Shown: positions 1 to 8,593, counted from the first letter of the stretch. The stretch: DNA of 20,000 nucleotides from an uncultured virus (IMG/VR IMGVR_UViG_3300023179_000081) (IMGVR_UViG_3300023179_000081); one strand, 5' to 3'. The notes: generated by a model from the letters alone, not told the origin. Numbers and translations are program-made.

Positions 1-85
1 CACCATTTATGTTAACCATGAGATTCATCTTAGGGGGAGCGTACTGATTGGTTTTATAGATTGGTTTTTGTCTTTCGTTCTTCAT
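1..85 (-). CDS. Hypothetical protein, 5' part only (MKNERQKPIYKTNQYAPPKMNLMVNING...)
   Basis: ATG 6 nt after the TATAAT of motif copy 90-122. The frame is open to the window edge. Not in the ORF track. Confidence 0.75.
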   Translation of the reverse strand, partial: MKNERQKPIYKTNQYAPPKMNLMVNING

Positions 86-89
86 GTCT

Positions 90-122
90 TTATTATACCT
101 TTAGATTGTGAGGGTTGGAAAA
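90..122 (-). promoter_or_regulatory. Motif copy 1, leaderless-type promoter
   Basis: TTCCAA-17-TATAAT-6nt-ATG. Confidence 0.85.
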
Positions 123-148
123 TCTGGGCAGATGCGGTTCTCGAAGTT

Positions 149-823
149 TTAAGCTACTAGCCAATCGGTTTCGTCATAGATTTCTACGAATTCCTCCGCA
201 TATGGACTACTTATTCTGTATTTAGTACCTCGCGCGATTTCCACAATTCCCAACTCTGAGCGCCTTCCGTTAGCTTCTTCTCCTAATTCCTCCACTACTT
301 GGACGAGTGCTGGGTCCGCACGGTAAATTTTTTCAGAGCACAAAATATAGTTGTTGTATAATTCAGCGGATAACTTGCGAGCTTCCCAAGTAGCCTGATT
401 CCATTCGTAAATATTGTATAGTGCTCCTGTGCGCTCTTCCGGCGGCACCGTCCAATACCGCCAGCCTGTTAGTCCATCATCTTCTACCCATAGCTTGATA
501 CCTTTAAGCTCGGCATATCGGCGCAAACCTTTATCACTTAGGAGAAACATGTTGTCGGATTTGTTTATCACAATTTTTACCATCGGCGGGACTTCAGGTT
601 CTACAAGAAACTGACACGCACGATCATGTTCTAAAATCTTGCCGTCTACCAGGTCTGCCATCACGTAGTTTTCGCCAGAATCGTCGTTCGATATTGCCGT
701 GATAAGTAGTGTATCCCGGTCTACGATGGGCCAAGCATCCGGTACTACGAAGTATTCCATAGCTGAAATATGCTGTCCGATAAACCGTGCAGCTTCGTTG
801 GGGTTGATTTCGATAATTTCCAT
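149..823 (-). CDS. Hypothetical phage protein, C-terminal ~140 aa paralogous to 15929..16366
   Basis: 224-aa ORF with GAGGA Shine-Dalgarno before ATG. Shares K.VIN.S...RRYAELKGI...R.DP.LVQ..EELG with the paralog. Confidence 0.85.
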   Translation of the reverse strand: MEIIEINPNEAARFIGQHISAMEYFVVPDAWPIVDRDTLLITAISNDDSGENYVMADLVDGKILEHDRACQFLVEPEVPPMVKIVINKSDNMFLLSDKGLRRYAELKGIKLWVEDDGLTGWRYWTVPPEERTGALYNIYEWNQATWEARKLSAELYNNYILCSEKIYRADPALVQVVEELGEEANGRRSELGIVEIARGTKYRISSPYAEEFVEIYDETDWLVA

Positions 824-875
824 TGTTTTTTCCTCGTGTTTATTCTACTCGGTGATTGTGAGTCTCAATTAGTCG

Positions 876-908
876 TTATTATACCTTGGGTTCGTGAGGG
901 TTGGAAAA
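876..908 (-). promoter_or_regulatory. Motif copy 2 (leadered, followed by a degenerate copy at ~840-872)
   Basis: Full consensus match, no adjacent ATG. Confidence 0.8.
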
Positions 909-909
909 T

Positions 910-1296
910 TTAGTGTTGACATTCGAAGATGACCCATGCACCTGCGTAGCATCTGTCAAGTATACCCGTTACTGCCAAAAGTTGGTCAAGATCGTCAAAA
1001 AGATTCATAATAAGAGCAAATGTAATGTCAACCATGAATGCGTGAATTAGTTTATAAACTTCAAGGCAACAAATGTATGTTCGCACTCCATCTCTTTCGC
1101 CGATTAATTGGCAATCGCTAAAATGAAAACAATAATCTCCGTGATCGAAAATTCTGTAGCCGCAGCCTGCAATAGCATTTGCGCCAATTTCCAAAAGCAC
1201 ATGATTAATTAACTTTACGGAGATATACGGGTCAATAGAATGGAAGTAAAGTAATCCTATCATGTCCCGGTGATTATTCGTAACTACAGTGGTCAT
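910..1296 (-). CDS. Hypothetical protein
   Basis: Part of ORF 910..1344. ATG at 1296 avoids overlap with the upstream gene. The stop abuts motif copy 2. Confidence 0.7.
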   Translation of the reverse strand: MTTVVTNNHRDMIGLLYFHSIDPYISVKLINHVLLEIGANAIAGCGYRIFDHGDYCFHFSDCQLIGERDGVRTYICCLEVYKLIHAFMVDITFALIMNLFDDLDQLLAVTGILDRCYAGAWVIFECQH

Positions 1297-1303
1297 TGTT
1301 TTG

Positions 1304-1576
1304 TTAGATTTTGTTGTCTTTAATGTAGCTTGCGATTGAGTCAAGGTCGTATGGTAAGCTAAGCTCAGAGAAATGCTGCTCTAACTCGCCCATCCACAGC
1401 GGCTCACCGTTTGTAGTGGCGAAGAAAGTACCATTTTCGCACTCATAAAGCCGAGCAGCTTCATCAAATTGTTTTCCATTGTCGCAGATGAAACGGAATC
1501 GAGAGCCAACTGGGTAACTGCCGTTGAGAGATGAAGAACCGAAGTATTCGAGGTCGAGAGGGTAAGTATTGTGCAT
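1304..1576 (-). CDS. Hypothetical protein
   Basis: 90-aa ORF downstream of motif copy 3. Confidence 0.75.
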   Translation of the reverse strand: MHNTYPLDLEYFGSSSLNGSYPVGSRFRFICDNGKQFDEAARLYECENGTFFATTNGEPLWMGELEQHFSELSLPYDLDSIASYIKDNKI

Positions 1577-1597
1577 AGCGGTTTGCCTTTGTGTCCT

Positions 1598-1630
1598 TTA
1601 TTATACCTTTAGTTTGTGAGGGTTGGAAAC
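1598..1630 (-). promoter_or_regulatory. Motif copy 3 (short leader)
   Basis: Consensus match, ATG about 23 nt after TATAAT. Confidence 0.8.
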
Positions 1631-1638
1631 CGCGCGGA

Positions 1639-2292
1639 TTAGGATACCATTACAAAATCACCATCGTCATCTAGTTTATAGAATACGTTCGGAAGAATTC
1701 CGTTTTCTCCGACATATGCCGTTTTAATGCGGCAGCGTGAACCGCCCATAAACTCAATAACTAAAATTCCATTGTCGCCGGATGCGCATTGTCCACCATA
1801 ACCCGAAGTACTTGTTCCACCATAGCCTGAAATACTCGTTCCATAGTCGCCAGAAGTGCTTTTTCCTTCGCGACCAGAAGTACTTGTTCCATGGTATCCA
1901 GAAGTACTCGTTCCATAGTCGCCAGAAGTGCTTTTTCCTTCGCGACCAGAAGTACTTGTTCCATGGTATCCAGAAGTACTTGTTCCATGGTATCCAGAAG
2001 TACTTGTTCCTTCGCGACCAGAAGTACTTGTTCCATGGTATCCAGAAGTACTTGTTCCATGGTATCCAGAAGTACTTTGAACGATTCCTTCCTCATTCCA
2101 TGTGAAGTTAGGAGTTCGAAGGTGTTCTAGATCGTAACCTTCGACAACAAGCCATCTGAAGTATTCAAATTGCCCCTGGCGAATAGTTTCCAGTGCTGGA
2201 TCGAGTCCTGCGTCAAATGCGGCCTTGGCGAATTCAATACCGCTATCGCAAGCGTCGTCTGCAATAAGATTTTCGATGGTGAGCTTTTTCAT
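1639..2292 (-). CDS. Phage protein with octapeptide (TSTSGYHG-type) repeats, probable beta-solenoid
   Basis: 13 eight-residue Gly/Ser/Thr repeats and a C-terminal YVGENGILPNVFYKL motif. Leaderless start at motif copy 4. Confidence 0.85.
   Translation of the reverse strand: MKKLTIENLIADDACDSGIEFAKAAFDAGLDPALETIRQGQFEYFRWLVVEGYDLEHLRTPNFTWNEEGIVQSTSGYHGTSTSGYHGTSTSGREGTSTSGYHGTSTSGYHGTSTSGREGKSTSGDYGTSTSGYHGTSTSGREGKSTSGDYGTSISGYGGTSTSGYGGQCASGDNGILVIEFMGGSRCRIKTAYVGENGILPNVFYKLDDDGDFVMVS
1768..2079 (-). repeat. 24-bp coding tandem repeat, about 13 units
   Basis: Plus-strand units such as CCAGAAGTACTTGTTCCATGGTAT, in frame. Confidence 0.95.
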
Positions 2293-2297
2293 TGTGA

Positions 2298-2330
2298 TTA
2301 TTATACCTTGTGTTTTTGAGGGTTGGAAAA
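2298..2330 (-). promoter_or_regulatory. Motif copy 4, leaderless-type promoter
   Basis: TATAAT-7nt-ATG(2292). Confidence 0.85.
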
Positions 2331-2331
2331 T

Positions 2332-2901
2332 TCAGGAAAGATACGTGCCTGCCGCAATGCAATCTTTAATCATGCTTCTAGTGCTGGCAGATACTGAATC
2401 GTACATATTCCATCCTTCAGCGTTAGTAAAAACATCACCATCAAATAAGCGAAGCACGCCAGCCTCGGCATTATACGCAACAGACTTTGTAACGCAAGTA
2501 GCAACAATGCCATCAAATGCTGGAGTTAATTCCGGGAAGTTAATAGCATTTCGAGCCGCTAAAAGCGCATATCTTGCCGAATCATTACAAGAAGCAAATT
2601 CGGATTGAGAAGCGTATAACTTCGCCCATTCGAAGGCAGAAGTTGGTTCCGATAATTGATCATACTGATAACACAGAACTGAGCGATAAATATTATTGGC
2701 TTCTTTATTAAAATCTTCCAATTGATTTGCACTCAGTTCCTTGCCTGCAATACGTAAATTAAGAAGCCATACAGCGTGATCAATCACAAAGCCGACAACT
2801 GGGTAGATATTTCGATCTAAATCTAGTGCGAAGGTGAGAAGATATCGGTTAAATTTAGCATTGATGATTAGTTGATCGGCGTTTTCTTCGGAAATGTTCA
2901 T
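2332..2901 (-). CDS. Hypothetical protein
   Basis: 189-aa ORF filling the space between motif copies 5 and 4. Confidence 0.85.
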   Translation of the reverse strand: MNISEENADQLIINAKFNRYLLTFALDLDRNIYPVVGFVIDHAVWLLNLRIAGKELSANQLEDFNKEANNIYRSVLCYQYDQLSEPTSAFEWAKLYASQSEFASCNDSARYALLAARNAINFPELTPAFDGIVATCVTKSVAYNAEAGVLRLFDGDVFTNAEGWNMYDSVSASTRSMIKDCIAAGTYLS

Positions 2902-2906
2902 TGTCG

Positions 2907-2939
2907 TTATTATACCTTTAAATTGTGAGGGTTGGAAAA
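2907..2939 (-). promoter_or_regulatory. Motif copy 5, leaderless-type promoter
   Basis: TATAAT-7nt-ATG(2901). Confidence 0.85.
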
Positions 2940-2943
2940 ACAG

Positions 2944-3360
2944 TTAAGACCATGACTTCAGCTTAGGAATTTGATTTAGCATCCATAAGTATTCTGGGTT
3001 GTTTCTGTCATTAGCGCTCCAATACCGCGTTAGAAACATAAGAGTCCTAAGATCGTAGAATTTGACACCAAGTTTATTTGCTTTAAACATGGATTCCAAA
3101 GCGGCTTTTACCCATGCTCTTGCTTTAGTGCTACCTTGAGTCAAAACAACTCGTTTTAAACTAAGGTCATCTACCCCGGTAACAACCCACTCTCCGCATA
3201 CTATATTAGCGTTTAGGGAAAGCATGCCTGAATGTAGATTTGCTAATTCTTCTGAGTTACGAAACTTATGTCCACAAGAATCAATGATAGGAAATTTCAT
3301 CGCACGAACCGAAAGTGGCTTACCCAGGCTTTTTTTATGGTAAGATAAAGCTGTTGCCAT
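2944..3360 (-). CDS. Hypothetical protein
   Basis: ATG at 3360 overlaps the upstream TAA (TAATG coupling). ATG at 3300 is an alternative start. Confidence 0.7.
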   Translation of the reverse strand: MATALSYHKKSLGKPLSVRAMKFPIIDSCGHKFRNSEELANLHSGMLSLNANIVCGEWVVTGVDDLSLKRVVLTQGSTKARAWVKAALESMFKANKLGVKFYDLRTLMFLTRYWSANDRNNPEYLWMLNQIPKLKSWS

Positions 3361-3668
3361 TAGACAGTTGGCCACCCGCAATTGCTGCGCAACCCATTTT
3401 TGAGTGCGTCTGCCGCTTTCTTGCCATTTTTGAGACCAATTGGTGGCAAGTGAATGTCGTGTGCTTCATCCATAGTGATTTGGATGGCCCCGTTAGAATA
3501 AAGGGTAATGCTGACGACATCATTGATTAAAAATTTTGGGTGTGTATAGGTCATCCAGGAATTAGAAATACCCTTGACCAATTCCCAACCACTCCAATCG
3601 TATCCCTGAAATTCTTTTGGAACCTCAGTTCCGTCGGCGAGCGTGTTTGAGTTTTTGTATTTTCTCAT
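3360..3668 (-). CDS. Hypothetical protein
   Basis: 102-aa ORF, leaderless start at motif copy 6. Confidence 0.8.
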   Translation of the reverse strand: MRKYKNSNTLADGTEVPKEFQGYDWSGWELVKGISNSWMTYTHPKFLINDVVSITLYSNGAIQITMDEAHDIHLPPIGLKNGKKAADALKNGLRSNCGWPTV

Positions 3669-3673
3669 TGTGC

Positions 3674-3706
3674 TTATTATACCTTGTTCGCTTGAGAGTT
3701 GGAAAA
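3674..3706 (-). promoter_or_regulatory. Motif copy 6, leaderless-type promoter
   Basis: Identical over 33 bp to copies 8 and 9. Confidence 0.85.
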
Positions 3707-4336
3707 TTATGCTTCGATTAATTGTCGGAGTAGACCCGAAAAGTTAATATCACTCCACTTTACGCCAGTTTTACTATTTGGGGTGATGGCGATCAGTGCG
3801 CAAACCGCCCAATGAATTTTCAATTCAAAGATAGTATCATTATTATAATAATTGAGATAACTTAAAGTATGACTAAGGCCATATTTGATTGCGAACGAAT
3901 GAAGTTCAGGAAAGTCATAGTTGTCACGTTCAGGCTCAAGATTTGTGATCATAGCATCCCAATCATCACCTACTCCTTCTTAATCTGCAATCGGCTGGTA
4001 TTGCTTTAGCAACTCCCACACAAAAGCAACAATCAGCGTGAGTCTCTTTTTCTCCTTTTCTTTATCGCGACCAGTACCAGCCGCAAGCGGAAGAAATGCC
4101 TTCCACTTCTTAGTGTTTCGCATCCTGCCGGGCATTTCATCCTGCATTCTGACAATAAATTCTCCAATAACATTACTCATATAATCTGGAGTTACGTCAG
4201 TGTGAGTGCCAGTGACCGCGAGATTAATTGCAACGATGGAGCAGACTGATGTTTCGGTTTCCGTGCCACGTGAGAGTGTTTGCCCGACTAAGAAATCCGC
4301 GATCTTCTTTTCTTGTGCTTCAGTGATGGTGCTCAT
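3707..4336 (-). pseudogene. Hypothetical gene split by a single in-frame TAA at 3980-3982 (or two separate genes)
   Basis: ORFs 3980..4336 and 3707..3952 share a frame and are joined by 9 sense codons (QPIAD*EGVGDDWDAM). Together they fill one inter-motif cassette. Confidence 0.6.
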
Positions 4337-4340
4337 GGGA

Positions 4341-4373
4341 TTATTATACCTTGTGTTCTTGAGAGTTAGAAAA
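4341..4373 (-). promoter_or_regulatory. Motif copy 7, leaderless-type promoter
   Basis: TTCTAA-17-TATAAT-6nt-ATG(4336). Confidence 0.85.
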
Positions 4374-4389
4374 ACGCGCCAGATTAAAT

Positions 4390-4851
4390 CTAGACCGGCA
4401 CCTTCATGCTACATACAAGTACTTGTCCATCTAGCAAAATCGCTTTAATACATGCAAGATAGACTTTTACCATATATGCGTTATCGCCCCATTTATCTCG
4501 CGCCAGCGTTTCAGTGGTCGCGTTGTATTCAAAAACATCAGTGGGATGGCCATGAGCATCCAGATGCTCTTTGACTTCAGGCCCAGTGTATGCAAGCACA
4601 TAGTCGCCACAAATTTCGAAGATACCATACTTTTGTAACACCGCGCGATAGTGCTCTTTGAAGAATGATCCCCGCTCACGCAACTTATTAGCGGTTTCAA
4701 GTTCATCCTCAAATTTTCGTTTACTGAACCACGAGAATACTAAACCTTCGTTGATATTATGGTCAATACGCAAGTCCAATTCAAACAAGCTCTTTCCGTT
4801 TTCGAAGAGTTCCATCTGATTTGGTTCGTATTTAAAAGTTTTATCGCTCAT
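4390..4851 (-). CDS. Hypothetical protein
   Basis: 153-aa ORF between motif copies 8 and 7. Confidence 0.85.
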   Translation of the reverse strand: MSDKTFKYEPNQMELFENGKSLFELDLRIDHNINEGLVFSWFSKRKFEDELETANKLRERGSFFKEHYRAVLQKYGIFEICGDYVLAYTGPEVKEHLDAHGHPTDVFEYNATTETLARDKWGDNAYMVKVYLACIKAILLDGQVLVCSMKVPV

Positions 4852-4855
4852 GTGA

Positions 4856-4888
4856 TTATTATACCTTGTTCGCTTGAGAGTTGGAAAA
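4856..4888 (-). promoter_or_regulatory. Motif copy 8, leaderless-type promoter
   Basis: TATAAT-6nt-ATG(4851). Confidence 0.85.
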
Positions 4889-4889
4889 T

Positions 4890-5276
4890 CTAAATGACTT
4901 TGTTAATTACGATTTCAAAACCACCATAATAACCATTGTGTTCATTGTGATTTGCAAAAGAAATGTTGCCACGATCAGTGATGATTACCAAGAATTGAAT
5001 TGCACTAGAATGTGAATCCATCATATCAAATTCATCATCGACCCATTCTTCCGTTGCTTCTCGCAATTCTATTGAGAGAAAAGTTGCGCCTACATATTCG
5101 TCCAGACCATCATCTGTGGTCATATAGCGCCTTTCACAGCAACTTCGCTTGCTGTCGTAGATGTCAAACAGATTGTCACCAATAGAGAGCCTAAGTACAC
5201 TATAATCGCCTGATTGACCAAGGACAATTGACGTGATTTTTCGGCCAGATAATTCATTGAGATCTTCTAATTGCAC
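4890..5276 (-). CDS. Conserved-looking phage hypothetical protein (SCCE...HNGYYGG motifs)
   Basis: 128 aa, GTG start 6 nt after TATAAT, stop abuts the next motif. Confidence 0.85.
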   Translation of the reverse strand: MQLEDLNELSGRKITSIVLGQSGDYSVLRLSIGDNLFDIYDSKRSCCERRYMTTDDGLDEYVGATFLSIELREATEEWVDDEFDMMDSHSSAIQFLVIITDRGNISFANHNEHNGYYGGFEIVINKVI

Positions 5277-5280
5277 GTGA

Positions 5281-5313
5281 TTATTATACCTTGTTCGCTT
5301 GAGAGTTGGAAAA
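5281..5313 (-). promoter_or_regulatory. Motif copy 9, leaderless-type promoter
   Basis: TATAAT-6nt-GTG(5276). Confidence 0.85.
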
Positions 5314-5314
5314 T

Positions 5315-5629
5315 CTAAGCGTTCCAGCGGGCGTTACGCAGTGATTCGATCACGGTGCGTTGGCTTACTGAATCGTTCCAATCTGCCAAACTTTCTGATC
5401 CATATCTTCGGCCCAGTGCCGCTTTATAAAGATCATAATCAAACTTTTCAGTGTTCATATCATGCACTGCTCGCATAATTGCTCCCTGAATACACCATGA
5501 TTTTGCATCTGGACTAAGAGCCCAGCAAGGTCGCTGGAGCCAATCTCGCGCGTTTGTGAGCTTGCAATGGCCAATAGTGACAAGTTCTTCAGCACGACGA
5601 TAAACTTCTGCTAGTTTAGGATTTCTCAT
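5315..5629 (-). CDS. Hypothetical phage protein (WCxxGAI...WND motifs, DUF6197-like by recall)
   Basis: 104 aa, ATGA overlap with the upstream gene. Confidence 0.75.
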   Translation of the reverse strand: MRNPKLAEVYRRAEELVTIGHCKLTNARDWLQRPCWALSPDAKSWCIQGAIMRAVHDMNTEKFDYDLYKAALGRRYGSESLADWNDSVSQRTVIESLRNARWNA

Positions 5630-5946
5630 GGTTCGTTCCAGAAACGCAAATCAGTTTCATAATAACCGCCATAACCACAAGTGTCACAACCATCAACATC
5701 ATCACGCCCAGTTTCTGCACCCTGGTTCACGCCAAGAATCTTAGCGATTTCTAGGTATGCTGTTAGCGTCGAATATGATCCGTGGAACGAGACATAATCA
5801 CTACCACCGCGAACAGTAATGTGATATCCGTCGTCTCGCGTTTGAATCGAAAATGTGCCACGCTCGCCAAGCCAAAAAACTTTCTTGATCGCTTCAATCT
5901 GTTCTTCGGTTGGTTTACTGTAGGTTTTCTTCGCAGGTTTGCTCAT
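5626..5946 (-). CDS. Hypothetical protein with GCDTCGYG motif
   Basis: Start re-assigned to ATG 5946 (MSKPAKK), 6 nt after TATAAT of motif copy 10. Confidence 0.8.
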   Translation of the reverse strand: MSKPAKKTYSKPTEEQIEAIKKVFWLGERGTFSIQTRDDGYHITVRGGSDYVSFHGSYSTLTAYLEIAKILGVNQGAETGRDDVDGCDTCGYGGYYETDLRFWNEP

Positions 5947-5950
5947 GTTT

Positions 5951-5983
5951 TTATTATACCCGTGCTGCCTGAGTGTTGGAAAG
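5951..5983 (-). promoter_or_regulatory. Motif copy 10, leaderless-type promoter
   Basis: Consensus match, overlapped by the 3' end of the upstream gene. Confidence 0.8.
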
Positions 5984-6559
5984 GGCCACATCTCTTACCC
6001 ATAGAGGAAGATCATTCTTTGCCCAGGTAGAAAGAACAAATACCGCGACAACGACAGCGCACTTAATCGTTGGGAGAACAACCGTGCCACTAACATTGAA
6101 ATCAAACGAACTTCGTTGCCGCCGCTGCAAAAATAGATCGGCTGGTCTATTATAATCAATTCTAGGCTTCAGAAGATTCATATGAGTGAACATTGCGCTA
6201 TCACCAAATTCAGATAACAAGCGAGTGTGGCCGTAGTAATTATGCCAACCTGCCAACAGGTCAGCAATCTCATTATTGTCTCGAAGTTCTGGATTCTCAA
6301 TCTCTGAGAAAATAAGATCGGCAAGTTGCTTTGCTTCGGCAGCAGAAGATACACAAATGTTTCCGCACAAACACCTAGGCATTGGCTCCGATTGCTGATA
6401 TGGAGCTTCAATGTTTAATCGAACAGGTTGCAATGGCTCTTGTCCAATATAAAACCGATATCCATTGGAAGTTTGGATGGTCATCTTATCTTTAAAGATG
6501 CGTTGCCAGCCATCAAAATTGTGTGATTTAGTCCATTCGGGCAGCTCTGAGTTGTGCAT
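5954..6559 (-). CDS. Hypothetical protein
   Basis: Start re-assigned to ATG 6559 (MHNSELP) at motif copy 11. The stop is the TAA inside the next TATAAT. Confidence 0.75.
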   Translation of the reverse strand: MHNSELPEWTKSHNFDGWQRIFKDKMTIQTSNGYRFYIGQEPLQPVRLNIEAPYQQSEPMPRCLCGNICVSSAAEAKQLADLIFSEIENPELRDNNEIADLLAGWHNYYGHTRLLSEFGDSAMFTHMNLLKPRIDYNRPADLFLQRRQRSSFDFNVSGTVVLPTIKCAVVVAVFVLSTWAKNDLPLWVRDVALSNTQAARV

Positions 6560-6563
6560 GCGT

Positions 6564-6596
6564 TTATTATACCCACGTGGTCTGAGTGTTGGAAAT
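6564..6596 (-). promoter_or_regulatory. Motif copy 11, leaderless-type promoter
   Basis: TATAAT-6nt-ATG(6559). Confidence 0.85.
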
Positions 6597-6634
6597 TGTG
6601 GAGAGAAGATTTCGGAAACTTCCTCCACAATTTC
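6592..6634 (-). terminator. Stem-loop after the HicB-like gene, possible terminator
   Basis: GAAATTGTGGAG (6592-6603) and CTCCACAATTTC (6623-6634) are a perfect inverted repeat, with inner GAAG/CTTC pairing. The U-tract is weak. Confidence 0.45.
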
Positions 6635-6644
6635 GATTTAGTGA

Positions 6645-6890
6645 TTAGGTTCGAGGATCGTAATACTCTTCGAAGTATTGAGGTTGCCGAGGCACAATTA
6701 CATCAACTGATTCTAGTGACTCCAATAGCAACTCTGAAGCTTCATCCAAATCCTTCAGGGCGAGCAATCGAGTTTCACCGTATCCAGCAGTGGTGCGCCT
6801 AAGCGCTGGATAGAACGCCATGTATCCGCCACCGTCGGATACTGGTAGTCGTTGAATATTAATGTCTAAACTTGCAAGATCAATCTTCAT
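6645..6890 (-). CDS. HicB-like antitoxin domain protein (orphan)
   Basis: DGGGYMAFYPAL...GYGETRLLALKDLDEA...VPRQP matches the HicB N-terminal pattern (GY.A..PDL....GET..EA..N..EA). Confidence 0.75.
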   Translation of the reverse strand: MKIDLASLDINIQRLPVSDGGGYMAFYPALRRTTAGYGETRLLALKDLDEASELLLESLESVDVIVPRQPQYFEEYYDPRT

Positions 6891-6893
6891 TTT

Positions 6894-7439
6894 TTACTCC
6901 ATTTCCCAATCACGACCATCTACACCCGAGTCTTCCCAGAAATCGTCGTCATCGTCATAGCCCTCGTCCTCATTTTTATCGCCGATGAACTCAATGGTAA
7001 ACTTTACAAGTTCACCATCCACAAAATACCCATCTCCAGAATATACACCGTCGCCAAAGCCTGTGCTAGATACAAATCCATAAGTATTTACTACACCGCA
7101 CATTGTTTCTTGGAGGGTGATATCGCAACAATCTCGATAAAATCCAGGCGTTTCATAATCTCCGCCATCCTCATAGATTTCAGTGTCAAAGATTCCAAAC
7201 TGACCAGAGTCCACAGGAAATTCACCTAGCGACTTAAACTCGGCGCTCTTTATAAAGCAATAGTCTTTGTGGAGGATTGTTAGTTGCCGCACTCTAGTAT
7301 AATAGCCTTCATCGCAGCGCACATATTCAACGATTACATTCCATTCTCCATTTTTGGCCGGAGTCGTCATGTCGGCATCGTAACATGGGTCGGTCAGGTA
7401 AACCTGACCGGACTTGATCTCAAAAGTGTGATTTGTCAT
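6894..7439 (-). CDS. DUF4241-like protein with acidic tail
   Basis: TDPCY, VDSGQFGIFD and STGFGDGVY motifs. Leaderless start. Confidence 0.7.
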   Translation of the reverse strand: MTNHTFEIKSGQVYLTDPCYDADMTTPAKNGEWNVIVEYVRCDEGYYTRVRQLTILHKDYCFIKSAEFKSLGEFPVDSGQFGIFDTEIYEDGGDYETPGFYRDCCDITLQETMCGVVNTYGFVSSTGFGDGVYSGDGYFVDGELVKFTIEFIGDKNEDEGYDDDDDFWEDSGVDGRDWEME

Positions 7440-7444
7440 CGTTT

Positions 7445-7477
7445 TTATTATACCTTTAGATTGTGAGGGTGAGAAAC
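7445..7477 (-). promoter_or_regulatory. Motif copy 12, leaderless-type promoter
   Basis: TTCTCA-17-TATAAT-7nt-ATG(7439). Confidence 0.85.
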
Positions 7478-8554
7478 TTACTCACCCGTATTGATAAGAA
7501 ACTTATTGGAGATAGCCTTGAAAGACATGCGTCGGCCATTTAAAACTTCTTCTCGTTCGGGCCTCCAAACTAACCCTTCTCGCTCAACCTTTGGATTGAG
7601 AATCGACTTACCTTCTGCCATTTTAAGGATTTCGTCCACAGTGGTACTAGAATTAATCTTACCCCAAGTAACCCACGGAACCCATTTCAGGCCAAGGTTC
7701 TCAACGTAACCTTTCGCTGTGTTATTATCTAAATATCTACCGGATTTAATATGGTAAACATTAAATACATAGAGTTCGGTTTGTGTCAAATCGTACATAT
7801 TCTTTTGAATACCTGGGCCAATTAATTCACCCTGGATACAAACACCCTCTTCTAGCTTGTTAGGAAGGTCATATCGCCGCGCGATCTCCCAGAAGGCGTT
7901 CCCTTCAGTTTCCTTTAGGTCCAGATTTCGGCTACACACGCCAAAGTATCCATCTTGACGGTAGAAAGTGGCTGAACTGCCATTCAATTTTTCGTTTAAT
8001 ACAAACAAAGTGTTATACATGGCAGGAAAATATTGTGACAAATTCTGGACTCGCTCCTCATCGGTCTTGATAAGAAAGCCTGGAAAATCGCCACGTGCTT
8101 GGCCAGCAAGTTGCGCAGGAATTTCTCGCTCCCACTTCAGGACACCCAAATCCCAGGTAACATCTTTCCCAATGCAATCATCATTAATTAAGACCTCACG
8201 AATTCCATCCTGAAGATCAGTGTAGTATTCATCAGAGCCATCCTGATAATAAGTCGGAATAGAAGAAAGAGGGCAAATCAAACCCTGGCTAATCTGTTTT
8301 CTGAGCGAAATCGTCTGCAATCGCTCTCCAGCAACACCCTGGTAAACACGTGGCTCCTTACCCTTAGAAAGAAATGGAGCGATGCTGTGCGGTACCCAAG
8401 AGTCAATCTCAAGATACACAATCTTTTGGCCGACGCTATAAATTCCCTTCTGAATTACGGCCTTCCATCCGTTTACAGTGGCGACCTCGATGGCATCCGC
8501 TCCATCAATCGGCTGAATGTCTTTGATGACTTGAATCGTTGCTAACTTTCTCAT
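7478..8554 (-). CDS. ATP-dependent RNA ligase, DRB0094 family (N-terminal OB-like domain)
   Basis: MRKLATIQ...PIDGADAIE N-terminus, KTDEERVQN, motif I EKLNGSS, QGELIGPGIQKN, REGLV and SFKAISNKFL. Confidence 0.93.
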   Translation of the reverse strand: MRKLATIQVIKDIQPIDGADAIEVATVNGWKAVIQKGIYSVGQKIVYLEIDSWVPHSIAPFLSKGKEPRVYQGVAGERLQTISLRKQISQGLICPLSSIPTYYQDGSDEYYTDLQDGIREVLINDDCIGKDVTWDLGVLKWEREIPAQLAGQARGDFPGFLIKTDEERVQNLSQYFPAMYNTLFVLNEKLNGSSATFYRQDGYFGVCSRNLDLKETEGNAFWEIARRYDLPNKLEEGVCIQGELIGPGIQKNMYDLTQTELYVFNVYHIKSGRYLDNNTAKGYVENLGLKWVPWVTWGKINSSTTVDEILKMAEGKSILNPKVEREGLVWRPEREEVLNGRRMSFKAISNKFLINTGE

Positions 8555-8559
8555 TGTGT

Positions 8560-8592
8560 TTATTATACCTTCAGATCGTGAGGGTTGGAAAA
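8560..8592 (-). promoter_or_regulatory. Motif copy 13, leaderless-type promoter
   Basis: TATAAT-7nt-ATG(8554). Confidence 0.85.
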
Positions 8593-8593
8593 A

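Noticed and set aside
1768..2079. 24-bp repeats as CRISPR or as an ice-nucleation protein
   Set aside because: They are in-frame coding repeats without spacers, with only about 13 units and no true AGYGSTxT consensus.
3980..3982. Stop-codon reassignment (alternative genetic code)
   Set aside because: TAA, TAG and TGA each end genes exactly at motif boundaries elsewhere, and only one interrupted gene was seen.
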